DNA from: an uncultured virus (IMG/VR IMGVR_UViG_3300036719_002413)
Lineage: Duplodnaviria; Heunggongvirae; Uroviricota; Caudoviricetes
Length of the DNA stretch: 64,000 nucleotides
Reading direction: 5' to 3' (one strand)
IMG/VR virus record: IMGVR_UViG_3300036719_002413
The notes under the pieces were generated by a model, which had not been told where the DNA came from, ran no database searches, and saw only the letters and a program-made list of their open reading frames with translations. Positions 39,682 through 50,134 of the stretch are shown here, one piece after another. Made by a program: the position numbers and the translations under genes. Positions within the stretch are counted from its first letter, which is position 1. The number at the start of each line of letters is the position of its first letter.

Positions 39682-40391
39682 AATTGTATTGGTTCTAAAT
39701 ATTGAAAATTAGAATCCGTTTCTAAGGGCTTTTCTAGAATTTTAAGTAAATTATAGTTTGTGTTAAATTTGTTTATACCTGAATATTCGCCATAGTATTT
39801 GATATACTCTCCTAGAATTAATGCTGGTAGACTTAACTCTAACCTAACATTATTTACTAATAAAGCTTCTACATATCTAATACCTCTACCTGGTAATCCT
39901 TTTATATTATCAGACCTATCTCCTGTTATCATGCTAGACCAGAAAGCTTTTTCAGCATCTTCTGGTGTAGTACTTATAAATGTTTTTTTAACTGGGTTAT
40001 AATGTAGTCCTGGTAATAGTAAAAGGTCTTTATCAGTAGATACTATAATAGTATTATCATTCTTATACATGTTCAATAAGTCATCAGCTTCATATGGAGC
40101 TTTATAAGTAAAGTTCCAATTATCTACTAGATGATTACGAACATCTCTGAAAAATTCAGGTAATTCTTTTTTCACTCTATTAGCTTTATAATCAGGCGAA
40201 ATTTCTTTTCTGAAATTGGGGGAACCTGTTAAAAATCCTAAATAGTGTGTTGCTTCTGTTACTTTAAAAATCTCTTGTAAAAAAGTATCCGTAGAATTTA
40301 TAACGGACTCAAGAGTGTTTTGAGGGGTATTTGCTTTTTGATATGAGCAAATATACATTAAGAAATCACCGTCAATTAGGGCGGTAATCAT
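39678..40391 (-). CDS. 5'-3' exonuclease (T7 gp6 / PolI 5'-nuclease family)
   Basis: Motifs LIDGD, NFRK...YKANR, EADD, STDKDL and GDRSDNIKGLPG.G. Confidence 0.9.
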   Translation of the reverse strand: MITALIDGDFLMYICSYQKANTPQNTLESVINSTDTFLQEIFKVTEATHYLGFLTGSPNFRKEISPDYKANRVKKELPEFFRDVRNHLVDNWNFTYKAPYEADDLLNMYKNDNTIIVSTDKDLLLLPGLHYNPVKKTFISTTPEDAEKAFWSSMITGDRSDNIKGLPGRGIRYVEALLVNNVRLELSLPALILGEYIKYYGEYSGINKFNTNYNLLKILEKPLETDSNFQYLEPIQL

Positions 40392-40412
40392 AATTGATAA
40401 AAAATTGTTTCA

Positions 40413-40877
40413 TTAAGTTTCTTTGTTTACTATCTTCTCAATAGCTTCCCTTACATCTTTTTGGTTTCTTGGTAAGAATAGTTTATATTTCTTTTCTGAA
40501 GTTGATAAAATATATTTAAATAACTTCCATCTGATTTTAAAGGCATCTGTTTCAAATCCTTTAACTTCTATTATCCAGTCCTGATCTATACCGACAAAAT
40601 CAGGTTTATAAGTTGCTCCACGTATTTTTTTACCATCATATTCGAATGGGGGAATAAGTTCGAATGATGTGGGTTCGTAAGCAAATTTTAAACCTGATTC
40701 TAACAGTAGCTTATAGGTAAAAGCTTCTAATGCAGAGTGAAACTTTATACCATCTATTACAGTTATTCTAGCATTCTTGACTTTCCTATTATCAACCTTA
40801 GTTGCCTTAGGAGCCTTTGGTGGTTTTTTAACCATTGTATCGTTTCTAATTTTTGGTTTTTTGTGTCTTCTTCTCAT
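40413..40877 (-). CDS. PD-(D/E)XK endonuclease (DUF1064 / T7 endonuclease I-like)
   Basis: Motifs DGIKFHS.LE, YEP and TYKPDF...IIEVKG. Confidence 0.8.
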   Translation of the reverse strand: MRRRHKKPKIRNDTMVKKPPKAPKATKVDNRKVKNARITVIDGIKFHSALEAFTYKLLLESGLKFAYEPTSFELIPPFEYDGKKIRGATYKPDFVGIDQDWIIEVKGFETDAFKIRWKLFKYILSTSEKKYKLFLPRNQKDVREAIEKIVNKET

Positions 40878-40881
40878 GGTT

Positions 40882-42627
40882 TTAGTTTAAAAGAATTGGT
40901 ACTTCTTTTGGATTGTACTCCTTAGGATTAGCCTTACTTGAATTTCTAGTAAAATCTAAATTACTAGTTTCTACATTATAAGGAGTATAGAACATGAAGT
41001 CAGATTTAATAAGCTGATTTAAGAAAGCAAAAGAGCTAATAGCTTCTTTAATACTTTCTTCTTGGAACTTAGTTAAATTTGTAGATCTTTCTAAAAGAAA
41101 TAATGCTAAAGCTAGTGGTGATACATCATATAATAATACATTAGTATTACTTGTTATCTTCTTTATAAGATTCTCTCCTAACATAAATAAGGACCTACAA
41201 TTATTCTTAATAATCACACCTTTTCTATTAGAATGTGATTTTGAATTAAAGGCTCTTATAAATTCCTCATCTTTACAAATATAAATATTATCCTCTACAA
41301 TATTATAGAGCTTTTTAGTGTAACTTAAACTAATAGTACCATCCTTATTAAATAATGAGAGTCTACGTAAGGCATTATAAGAAACTATAAAATTACTTAA
41401 AGCCATATTACTTACACTATCAGTAATAATTTCACCAGTTAATTGATCTACTCTGCTACGTTTAGCCCATTTAGGTTCTATAATAAATACGCTCTCTAAT
41501 AATCTAATTGGTGTTTCGATAAATACATTTTTATCGACATTAGAAACGTTAACTCTGTTTACATTTAACATATTATTGGTAGAGTCATACTTTATAAAAC
41601 AATCCTCATCTGAGAATGACATTATTTTATAATTTACAAAGAATAATAAACTATTCAATAGTTTTAAATCAGAAGTTGTAACACCATAAGATTTACGATA
41701 ATTATTATTAGCTATCATTTTATTATAAATAACCTTATCTACCCTAAAGTTAAGAAACGGATAATTATATACGTTAACCCTAAAAGTAGAATTACTGAAA
41801 GTAGAACAGACCCCATAAGAGTCGTAGCGAAAAAAGATCTCATCGTTAGAATCCTCCTCATTCCTATTTATTTCAGTTTGAGGCCCTACAAGACTTTTAT
41901 TAGTAACACCACATATGTTGTTGTTCACTCCACTCTTTGAAGTCGATTGCAGAGCCAGATGGGGGTTTGATGAAGATCCTCCAAAATCATAAACTTTTCT
42001 AGAGTATCCTTCATTAGAAAATACTCCTAAGTTATCTACAGTTTTCCAACCTGTACCAATATAAACTGGTTCAGTATCAGCTATTGGGTATAAGAATACT
42101 ACCTTACTCCAACTTAAAATATTATAAGGAGCTGAGTCTAATAGCCTCTCTACTTTTTTAGGATTTCTAAACAGGGCTGTTTGAAATAACTTAGAACCAG
42201 CTATTTTATGAGCAAAGTCTGAAGTGTCTGAATTATTAGCTAGTAATCCCCTATCACCTAAACCTCTAAATACTCCATTATGAGCTAATATTGGTTTAGT
42301 AACTTTACCTTCAGTTGTTAAAACTTCATCTAAATCTTCAGAACATACAAATGGGTGAGCTAATTCCGCAGTATTACCACCATGAGTAGCTATACGACCA
42401 TGTACAATAAGTACATCATCAATACCAGGTTTTAGTCCCATAATATCTTTGTAAATATCAGTTACTTTACGTACGTAACCTTTTTTAATATAAATTTCAG
42501 ATTCACCAGCACGACGTAAAGCAAAACCTGCGCTATGATCGTTAGTACTTAAACCACTTTCTATAGCTTGTTTTACTTCGGCTGTTGTTTTATCTATCCC
42601 TTTTGGGAATACACATACTATGCACAT
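40882..42627 (-). CDS. class II glutamine amidotransferase (Ntn) with long C-terminal extension
   Basis: Starts Met-Cys; motifs HGRIATHG, AHPF, AHNGV and SDT. Confidence 0.82.
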   Translation of the reverse strand: MCIVCVFPKGIDKTTAEVKQAIESGLSTNDHSAGFALRRAGESEIYIKKGYVRKVTDIYKDIMGLKPGIDDVLIVHGRIATHGGNTAELAHPFVCSEDLDEVLTTEGKVTKPILAHNGVFRGLGDRGLLANNSDTSDFAHKIAGSKLFQTALFRNPKKVERLLDSAPYNILSWSKVVFLYPIADTEPVYIGTGWKTVDNLGVFSNEGYSRKVYDFGGSSSNPHLALQSTSKSGVNNNICGVTNKSLVGPQTEINRNEEDSNDEIFFRYDSYGVCSTFSNSTFRVNVYNYPFLNFRVDKVIYNKMIANNNYRKSYGVTTSDLKLLNSLLFFVNYKIMSFSDEDCFIKYDSTNNMLNVNRVNVSNVDKNVFIETPIRLLESVFIIEPKWAKRSRVDQLTGEIITDSVSNMALSNFIVSYNALRRLSLFNKDGTISLSYTKKLYNIVEDNIYICKDEEFIRAFNSKSHSNRKGVIIKNNCRSLFMLGENLIKKITSNTNVLLYDVSPLALALFLLERSTNLTKFQEESIKEAISSFAFLNQLIKSDFMFYTPYNVETSNLDFTRNSSKANPKEYNPKEVPILLN

Positions 42628-44339
42628 ATTTCCTTCAATTTTAGGTCTTTAACTACAGTTAATGATTCAGATTCGTACTCTTTAATTTCTTCCTTCTCTA
42701 AGTTTTTCGAACTAGAGTCAAACTTATTCTTACGCTCATTGAAGTATTTAGATAGTGATGCGCTTTCAATTTTTAAAGGGCAGATATCTTCTAATACTTG
42801 TTCGATTGTAAGAGGTTTTAAGTTACCAGATAAGAAATTTGATATAATTCTACTAGCATAAGTTTCAGCATATTTAGTAATAAACATACATAACAATATC
42901 CAGTTTTTAATTTTAATAAAGTTTAATGATGCTGGGTGAGGTCTAAACTCAATAGTAAAGACATCCTTACCTTTCTCATTAAATAGTAATGGTACAAGAT
43001 TTATCCACTCATACCTTGGTGTTTTATGATTGTAATTAGCTTTCTTACCCATTGGGTGATTACAATTCTTATTTAAGTATTTACCTAAAGGAGCATTTTT
43101 GTCCTTAGCTTTACTTAACAAGAATTGTTCTTTACCACCTAACAAGTCTAGAGCACCAACATATTCAACAATATCATCGTAAATTCTGTTTACAACGAAT
43201 TTATCAATAGTATTAGTTTTATGTTGTGCTGCTAATTTTTTAATAATACTGTTTGGTATAAGTCTACAATATTCATTAGATCTACGAGTAATAGGTAGAG
43301 TTAAGAATATGTCATCTTGAAGGGCATGACAAAGTAAGAATATAGCTACACTAAACTCTTGACTAGGTACAAATCCACCAACATGTACGTGTATACCACA
43401 ATACTTATCAATAGTAGATCTTGCTGATAAATAGTTTACTATTTTCTGTAAGTGCATAAGACCAGCATCACCAGTTAAGACACCAGTAACATATTCAGGT
43501 CCGCCCTTACCACCATTTAGAGAACCGTCTCTAACGCAAGACATATTAAAGATATTCTTTACATTATTAGCTACAAAAGATGTAGCACATTCTACTTCAA
43601 CACCAAAGGTGTATGTTAGACCAAATGTAGATCTGAAAGAGGGGCTTTGAAGACCAAATCTATAAGCACTCTCCTTATCTCTTACCTCTTTGAAAGAAAT
43701 CTTCTCATCAAACTTATTATAATCCCTATAGCTAACAAGGTCTTTATCTATAGTATTAACACCAAAAGCTCCTATACCAGGAAATTCTACAATAGTATCT
43801 GCTGGAGTCTCTGATATTAAAGTTTCTAAAGCTGGTATTGTAACTTTATAGATATGACCTGTTTTATGATCTATATAGGAAGGTAATCCTTCCATAAATA
43901 CATCTAAAGCTTTCTCAAAATGAGGTGTAATAATATTTTTATTTACATCAAATTTCGTTATTACATTCTTAGGAGCAAAGTGGTCAGCAGGCACTTTTAA
44001 CTTAGTTAATGAGCAAGTAAAGGTATTATTTTTACTCATCTCATTAAATGTTTCTTGTAAAACATCTAATGTGGGCTCCTTGATTTCAGCCTTATTAGAC
44101 CCTAATAAACCAGCACCAATTCTTCTAGAATAATTAGACAGTAAGTATAGTATAGAAGATTTTACTCTTAAATCATATGCCTCTGTTATAATATCCCAGG
44201 TATTACTTGAGAAGGCTGAGCTCTTTAAAGACTTCCCAATATCAAGTTTTCTAACCGTTTTATCTTTTGGTTTGTTGTTTGGTTTTTTAGGCCCAGACCC
44301 ATACGTTCCAGGTTTTCTTAATATTTCTTCTAATGACAT
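42618..44339 (-). CDS. putative amidoligase (COOH-NH2 ligase, GCS-like fold)
   Basis: Motifs TFGVEVE, RDGSL, EYVT, CGIHVHVG and TIEFR. Confidence 0.82.
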   Translation of the reverse strand: MSLEEILRKPGTYGSGPKKPNNKPKDKTVRKLDIGKSLKSSAFSSNTWDIITEAYDLRVKSSILYLLSNYSRRIGAGLLGSNKAEIKEPTLDVLQETFNEMSKNNTFTCSLTKLKVPADHFAPKNVITKFDVNKNIITPHFEKALDVFMEGLPSYIDHKTGHIYKVTIPALETLISETPADTIVEFPGIGAFGVNTIDKDLVSYRDYNKFDEKISFKEVRDKESAYRFGLQSPSFRSTFGLTYTFGVEVECATSFVANNVKNIFNMSCVRDGSLNGGKGGPEYVTGVLTGDAGLMHLQKIVNYLSARSTIDKYCGIHVHVGGFVPSQEFSVAIFLLCHALQDDIFLTLPITRRSNEYCRLIPNSIIKKLAAQHKTNTIDKFVVNRIYDDIVEYVGALDLLGGKEQFLLSKAKDKNAPLGKYLNKNCNHPMGKKANYNHKTPRYEWINLVPLLFNEKGKDVFTIEFRPHPASLNFIKIKNWILLCMFITKYAETYASRIISNFLSGNLKPLTIEQVLEDICPLKIESASLSKYFNERKNKFDSSSKNLEKEEIKEYESESLTVVKDLKLKEICA

Positions 44340-44344
44340 ATTTT

Positions 44345-45988
44345 TTAACTTAAGGCATGTTCACTATTTTCGACAGAATGATTATCATAAATGGATATTA
44401 CATCCATAGAAATTTGTTCTAATTCATCTAAAAGGGTAGCTAAGGCTAAATCACCTATTTTGAAGTCATCACCTAACAAATTTAAACTATTAGCAATTTG
44501 CTCTTTTAATTTTGTTATATTTTGGTAAGTTCTTTCTAGACTTTTAGTTAAATTATTATTATCAAGCTCATCAAAGTTTAAGTTTAATTGATTTTCAATA
44601 ATACTTCTAAATTGATTATTATCTAAAGCTTTAGACTCTAAATTAAGTACTTTACGTAATTTAGTATCTAATACTGAATAGATTTTCTCTTCAGTAATAC
44701 CTTTAAACTTATTAATCTCTTCTGGAGATACACTGTCAATAAGTGTTTCCACTCTTTTTACCTCATCTTCAAGTTTAAAGCCTATCTCATCAGCAGTTTC
44801 TGTTAACAGTTTCTGAGTTGTTATAGCTTCTAAATGAGATACATCCATTAATAAGTCCTTGTTAGAGTCTAGTAAGGATGTGACAGTTACACTTCTTTGA
44901 GTTCTTGATGTAAGTGGTTTAACTATAATAAATAATTCATGTTTAATACAAGCTCTTACTTTCTTTTTATTCTTCTTAGTAGTTTGATAATCAAAGTCTC
45001 GTACAGCTCTTACAATATTACCTTTTTTAAAGAAAGCATTATAAGAATTTATATCTAACTCTGATGTATAAACTGAACCTGAATTATCCTTATCTTCAAA
45101 GTTTTGAGCAGCTTGTACTTGAAAAGAACTATTACCTGGACCATGACTAGCTTTAATATAACCTTTTATATAAGTGTAGTCTGAATCATTCAGAATACCC
45201 TTATTATAATAACTTGATGTTTGTTTAACTAATAAATTAAATCCAAATAAATCTTTAAGCTCTTTAATTTCAGAGAAATTAGAAACTAAAAGACTATCTG
45301 GATCAGAAGCTCTTGCTACCTTGAAACTGGTTTTTATTTTACCATTCTCAAATTTATACAATATATTTTCTTTAATTTCTTTGATATTAGTACAATCAAT
45401 TACTTTTAAAGATTCTTCTGTAGAACCAAAGTAAATACCCTCACCCTCAATAAACCCATAACATAAGGGCCTATCACTATTTCTATAAGCATAAAGAATT
45501 GTAGGTTCCTTATAATTATAGAATAATATTGCTGCAGCACCTATCATTTCAGATAGTACTTTGTAATTATTATCTTTATGTAATCTGGCGAATATAACCA
45601 TACTATCTACAGGATAGTCAATAGGAAATTGACCCTCAGGTATTAATTTGGTATGATTGTTTATTACACCATTATGAGCACCTACGATATTCTCATATCT
45701 GAAAGGATGAGCATTTGTAGCTTTCTTTTCACCATGAGTTTTTTGTCGTACGTGACCTATAAATATTTTAGAGTCATTTAGTTTACTAAAGTCAATATCT
45801 TTAGTATCATACATACCTTCAAGAAATTTAGAGGCAGAATCTGCATTTTTTACTACACCAATTTCTGGTGAAAAGATTCCAGTAGAATCTTTACCTCTAG
45901 ATTCTGAAAGATATTGTAATAACATTTTTGCTCTGAGTATATTTAGTTTACCAGAATCTATCGATTGAAATCCAACTAATCCACACAT
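44345..45988 (-). CDS. class II glutamine amidotransferase (GlmS-N-like) with C-terminal extension
   Basis: Motifs MCGLVG, RGKDSTG, GHVR..THG, NAHPF, AHNGVI and VDS. Confidence 0.87.
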   Translation of the reverse strand: MCGLVGFQSIDSGKLNILRAKMLLQYLSESRGKDSTGIFSPEIGVVKNADSASKFLEGMYDTKDIDFSKLNDSKIFIGHVRQKTHGEKKATNAHPFRYENIVGAHNGVINNHTKLIPEGQFPIDYPVDSMVIFARLHKDNNYKVLSEMIGAAAILFYNYKEPTILYAYRNSDRPLCYGFIEGEGIYFGSTEESLKVIDCTNIKEIKENILYKFENGKIKTSFKVARASDPDSLLVSNFSEIKELKDLFGFNLLVKQTSSYYNKGILNDSDYTYIKGYIKASHGPGNSSFQVQAAQNFEDKDNSGSVYTSELDINSYNAFFKKGNIVRAVRDFDYQTTKKNKKKVRACIKHELFIIVKPLTSRTQRSVTVTSLLDSNKDLLMDVSHLEAITTQKLLTETADEIGFKLEDEVKRVETLIDSVSPEEINKFKGITEEKIYSVLDTKLRKVLNLESKALDNNQFRSIIENQLNLNFDELDNNNLTKSLERTYQNITKLKEQIANSLNLLGDDFKIGDLALATLLDELEQISMDVISIYDNHSVENSEHALS

Positions 45989-46000
45989 ATCTTTTTTTGA

Positions 46001-46951
46001 TTATACTTTTTCTTTAATTAACGGTTTGATTTCTAAGAAGCTACAGATTTCTCCAGCAACCTTAGTGTTGTTATTAATAATAATATCGTCAAGATCTTCA
46101 ATAGTATTGATGTTAAATTTATTTAATATACTATTAATATGACTATTTAACTCATTATATCCATAAATTGTACCTCCAGATATACTAGTTATTCTTGAAT
46201 TTAATGCTTTTTCTATTAGCTTAATCCTCTCAAAGATAGCAGTAATCATATCTAAAGACTCTAACCAATAATTAGAAAGGACTCTATATTCTAAACCATA
46301 ACTTTTAGGACGGTGAGATCCTGGTTTACCATATAATAATCTTCTGTTAGTATCAGGGTCTTCTAATACAGAAGGGATACCTAAATACAAATCACATAAC
46401 AAGATTATAATAGAAGTAAGTCTTTGTAAAGTAGTAGGATCTTTAATAATACAAATAGAATCAAAGTAATCTAAATGGATATGACCACCACAAGATCTTA
46501 AATTTTTATCTGCACAATTTGGTTTTGGGTTAACTCTCATACTACCACTAAAAAGATCAGTAATTCTATTTGAAACATTATTTTTTAATGTACCCTTAGG
46601 ATAATATGGTGTAAAATCTGGTTCACAACCAAAAACCTGAGCAATTGGGTTATCTAGTAGTTTATCAGGATATACAGCACTTGCTATAGTAGCAAATGAA
46701 TATCCTGCTGGTAAAAATTGTAGGGCTGCTTGTTTAGCATACTGTAAAGCATCCCATAATTCTTTAGGCGAATTTGTAGGAGGAACACAAAATTCAGCCA
46801 TAACGTTATCAACTTGTACGTAAGTACCATTACCCAAATCAAATGGGGTTTCTTTAGTACCAGGTAAGAAATCTATAGATGAGGCTAAATTACCTTCAGC
46901 ATCTAATACTACAAATTCTGGATCGGTTCCAATATGAGCAATTTTAATCAT
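46001..46951 (-). CDS. phiEco32-like COOH-NH2 ligase type 2
   Basis: Motifs IGTDPEF, DNVMAEF, FGCEPDF, RSCGGHIH and RRLLYGKPG..RPKSYGLEYRVLSNYW. Confidence 0.85.
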   Translation of the reverse strand: MIKIAHIGTDPEFVVLDAEGNLASSIDFLPGTKETPFDLGNGTYVQVDNVMAEFCVPPTNSPKELWDALQYAKQAALQFLPAGYSFATIASAVYPDKLLDNPIAQVFGCEPDFTPYYPKGTLKNNVSNRITDLFSGSMRVNPKPNCADKNLRSCGGHIHLDYFDSICIIKDPTTLQRLTSIIILLCDLYLGIPSVLEDPDTNRRLLYGKPGSHRPKSYGLEYRVLSNYWLESLDMITAIFERIKLIEKALNSRITSISGGTIYGYNELNSHINSILNKFNINTIEDLDDIIINNNTKVAGEICSFLEIKPLIKEKV

Positions 46952-47852
46952 TGAATTTACTTTTTATAAGTTTTGGTAATTCTTGTTGATACTTTTTAAG
47001 TGTACCTTCACCAAATGAAGGTGCTGAGTTAATCTCAATAATAATGAAATCTACAACCTCACGATTCTTAATTTTAGTTTTACCTGTAGTATTCTTTTGT
47101 ACGCGTACATCTACAGCACCAAAGTCCAATCCTACAGCTTTTAGAGCTTTAACAGACTCTTCTACAATTTTATTCCAGCATGTAGGTTTATCAAATAACG
47201 GATTTTCCTCTAAAATCCATACACAGTTATTATCATTTTTATACCAGCGTTGATCCTCTGGTGTATCTTTCTTAAGCATTTTACGATTAGTATAGAATAC
47301 ACCGTCTTTAGTTACGTGTAATCTGTACTCTTTATCGTAGTTATAATATTTCTCAAAGATATAATTAGAACCAGTTTTGTCCTTCATATCTTTTAAGAAT
47401 ACTTCCATATCCTCAGCAGATTCGATAAGATAATTACCATTACCTCGTGAACCGAAGTGTGATTTAGCTACCATTGGGTAAGGTAATTGTAGTAAGCTAA
47501 CTTTATTATCGTTACTAACAAATTCCTTACCATTTAAAACAAACCATTCTGCAGTTTTAACATTATGTTCTAAAAAAGCTTTCTTCATAGCTAATTTATT
47601 AGCTGATGTCTGACAAGCTTTAATACTATTAATTTCAATAGGGTTACCTAGTGTAGGCGTAGAACTACCAAAGCGAACAATTACTCTTTTAGGATACATT
47701 CCTAAAGTACCTCTAATAGCATCATGTGATGGATGTCTTGATCTTACTTGAGCTCTAAATTTAGTATACTCCTTCTTACCTACAGTGGTAGTTGTAGTAG
47801 TTTTTTTAATAGTCTTTTTTGTTACTTTAAGTGGAATTGGTTTGTGTTCCAT
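46944..47852 (-). CDS. ATP-grasp ligase (RimK/YheC-like)
   Basis: Motifs YP.VAK...GSRG.G, EYRLHV, GLDFGAVDV and IEINSAPS. Confidence 0.85.
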   Translation of the reverse strand: MEHKPIPLKVTKKTIKKTTTTTTVGKKEYTKFRAQVRSRHPSHDAIRGTLGMYPKRVIVRFGSSTPTLGNPIEINSIKACQTSANKLAMKKAFLEHNVKTAEWFVLNGKEFVSNDNKVSLLQLPYPMVAKSHFGSRGNGNYLIESAEDMEVFLKDMKDKTGSNYIFEKYYNYDKEYRLHVTKDGVFYTNRKMLKKDTPEDQRWYKNDNNCVWILEENPLFDKPTCWNKIVEESVKALKAVGLDFGAVDVRVQKNTTGKTKIKNREVVDFIIIEINSAPSFGEGTLKKYQQELPKLIKSKFND

Positions 47853-48826
47853 TATAATTTCTTTAAATTATTGATGTGAATTAATGCTTGAAACCCATCT
47901 TTTGTTCTCTCGCATAATGCAGAGTGTTTTTGTGGGGTTTTGGAGTTATGAAATATTTGTAATACTACTAACTTATCTCCATATAAGAATTGACTATATT
48001 TGAAATCAGTTTTAATAACTTTAGTTAAGTCACCAATTCTTATAGTCTTATCTTTTGGTGGGTTATACCCATTAAAGGAATTAGAATGGATATTACACAA
48101 CTCAGCATAGAATTTTAATGTGGTAGTTAAACCTTCTAACTTTGTTGTTAATATAACATCTAATGAGTTAGTATGAAAGATACTTTTATGAGTTTTAGTA
48201 TCTTCTAATACAAGATAAGAACTATCTAATGATTTTAAATCTAAGGCAATATCATAAGTAGGAACAATTCTCATAGCTCTAATAGGCAAGTTATTTAATA
48301 ATCCCTTATCAAATAAATTAGCTTTAATTTTAGGGTAGCTTAAGAATTTATTATTAACAAGTTCTTTAACTGAGAATTTAAATTTAAATAAAACGAATAG
48401 CTTAGATAATACTAATGATAAATGACTAATATTAATACCACCATTATTTAGTAATTTACCCTCTTCTGTTAACTCCTTAAAGTAATTTAATAATGATACA
48501 GGCACATGATCGTGAGACAAAGATTGAATATCTAAATGCTTTAGCTTAACATTTTTAGGATTAATCTTTGTTAATAATGAGTTTAAATTACTACATTCTA
48601 TATAAATAATATCATTCTTATCTGGTCTGTATATACCAATACCATAAATAGAATTTCTAGTTGACTTAGGATTTGTTATTTTTAATACATAAAAATTAAA
48701 GGAGTTAATGAAGTCAGAAAATTCATTGAAAGATCTGAATCTTCCTAAACTTAAATCCTTATTCGGTTCTGGCGTATAAGGCAAAATTTTCTCTACCATA
48801 TCTTTTAAAAGTTTCTTTAAACCCAT
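47852..48826 (-). CDS. hypothetical protein
   Basis: 324-aa ORF coupled by TAATG to the ATP-grasp gene. Confidence 0.65.
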   Translation of the reverse strand: MGLKKLLKDMVEKILPYTPEPNKDLSLGRFRSFNEFSDFINSFNFYVLKITNPKSTRNSIYGIGIYRPDKNDIIYIECSNLNSLLTKINPKNVKLKHLDIQSLSHDHVPVSLLNYFKELTEEGKLLNNGGINISHLSLVLSKLFVLFKFKFSVKELVNNKFLSYPKIKANLFDKGLLNNLPIRAMRIVPTYDIALDLKSLDSSYLVLEDTKTHKSIFHTNSLDVILTTKLEGLTTTLKFYAELCNIHSNSFNGYNPPKDKTIRIGDLTKVIKTDFKYSQFLYGDKLVVLQIFHNSKTPQKHSALCERTKDGFQALIHINNLKKL

Positions 48827-50084
48827 AGGTTTTTGTGTAATCGCTTATATCTTTATTATTGGAGTCTCCAACAAATAATAAATTTAAAACTGACGATCTA
48901 GTTAGATCCTTTATAAAATGCCCTGAATTTCTTTGTAGTTCTAAAGCATTATTATATCCTGCAGTATCATTATCATAATTTATGATTACCTTTTCAAATG
49001 GTTTTAAGATATCCTTGCTAACAACCCTATTGAATAGTTTACCATATTCTGCTTGTTGTGAGAAACTTAAATAACCTAATTCTAACCAAGCCATATTATC
49101 TTTCAATGATGATGACTGAATTATATTTTTAAATATACCGTAATACTCTTCTTGAACTATATCTGTAGTTTCATAAGTTTTATTTATTTCTACAAAGATA
49201 GGCAGTCTATCAAATAGTGGGCTATATTTGAAATCTGTAAGGAATATCCCTTCTGGTAGGTCTTGTAAACTATCCCAATTGGAATTATAGAATAAGAAAT
49301 TGAAATAATCTATTACTGTAGAGATTTGTTTACTAAAATTTATTACAAATTTAGTAGTATTAGTAATCCATTTATTACTAGAATGGGGAGCATAGATTTT
49401 AATAGAAGCAAGTTCTTTATATCTAGTACTAGGATCAAAGAATATATAAGCAAATAATAACTCATTATTCTTTGCTGTATATTTCATCTCCTTCATTTCT
49501 CTAGTATCTGTATCATATTTTTTTATAGTATATCCTGTTATTTGTACAACATCTGAAAATATTAAGGTATCTTCTGATATACCATGACTTTTCCAATATG
49601 CTAATGCTTCTGGAGTAAACTTATCCATCATAGTAGTAGATATGTCTATATCTACAGCTGTAGAATAACTACTTACAGTATCATCATTTTTTTGTCTTTC
49701 TAAATATGTTGCTTGTTGAAGCATTGGTTTTTTTATAATTTTTGATGTACCTATTCCTAAGTTAAAATCCTCATTAATCATAATTAATATATCATTAAAT
49801 GACTTACTAGGATATTGTTTTCTTAGGAAAGAAAATATATTATATGTTTGATGGTAAGCATGATCGTATAATAATATCTCAAGAGTAGCACTTAGTAAAA
49901 ATGATCCTGAGGGATTATTATCTTCCTTATTACTTTCCCTAAGAAAATGAGGAATCCTTATCTTCTTATTTAATTCAAATTTACCATAATACCTGAACCA
50001 TAATTCCTCGTGAGTTACTCTTTTTAAGATTTCTTCAGGAGTTAATGGTGCTAGTAGATTGTTTAGATCAAATAGTGCTGTCAT
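48759..50084 (-). CDS. DNA primase (TOPRIM, crAss-like)
   Basis: Motifs R...D.NPS.SF, KIYAP, SSLKD.M, INYDNDTAG (DxD) and KDISDY; the likely start is ATG 50084 (MTALFD). Confidence 0.75.
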   Translation of the reverse strand: MTALFDLNNLLAPLTPEEILKRVTHEELWFRYYGKFELNKKIRIPHFLRESNKEDNNPSGSFLLSATLEILLYDHAYHQTYNIFSFLRKQYPSKSFNDILIMINEDFNLGIGTSKIIKKPMLQQATYLERQKNDDTVSSYSTAVDIDISTTMMDKFTPEALAYWKSHGISEDTLIFSDVVQITGYTIKKYDTDTREMKEMKYTAKNNELLFAYIFFDPSTRYKELASIKIYAPHSSNKWITNTTKFVINFSKQISTVIDYFNFLFYNSNWDSLQDLPEGIFLTDFKYSPLFDRLPIFVEINKTYETTDIVQEEYYGIFKNIIQSSSLKDNMAWLELGYLSFSQQAEYGKLFNRVVSKDILKPFEKVIINYDNDTAGYNNALELQRNSGHFIKDLTRSSVLNLLFVGDSNNKDISDYTKTYGFKETFKRYGRENFALYARTE

Positions 50085-50097
50085 AGTGAGTAATGCA

Positions 50098-50120
50098 GTG
50101 GGGAGCATTACACTCCCCAC
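50098..50120 (-). promoter_or_regulatory. GC-rich hairpin between the SSB and primase genes
   Basis: Perfect 8-bp stem GTGGGGAG / CTCCCCAC with a 7-nt loop; no clear U-tract. Confidence 0.5.
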
Positions 50121-50134
50121 CAACATTAAATGTT

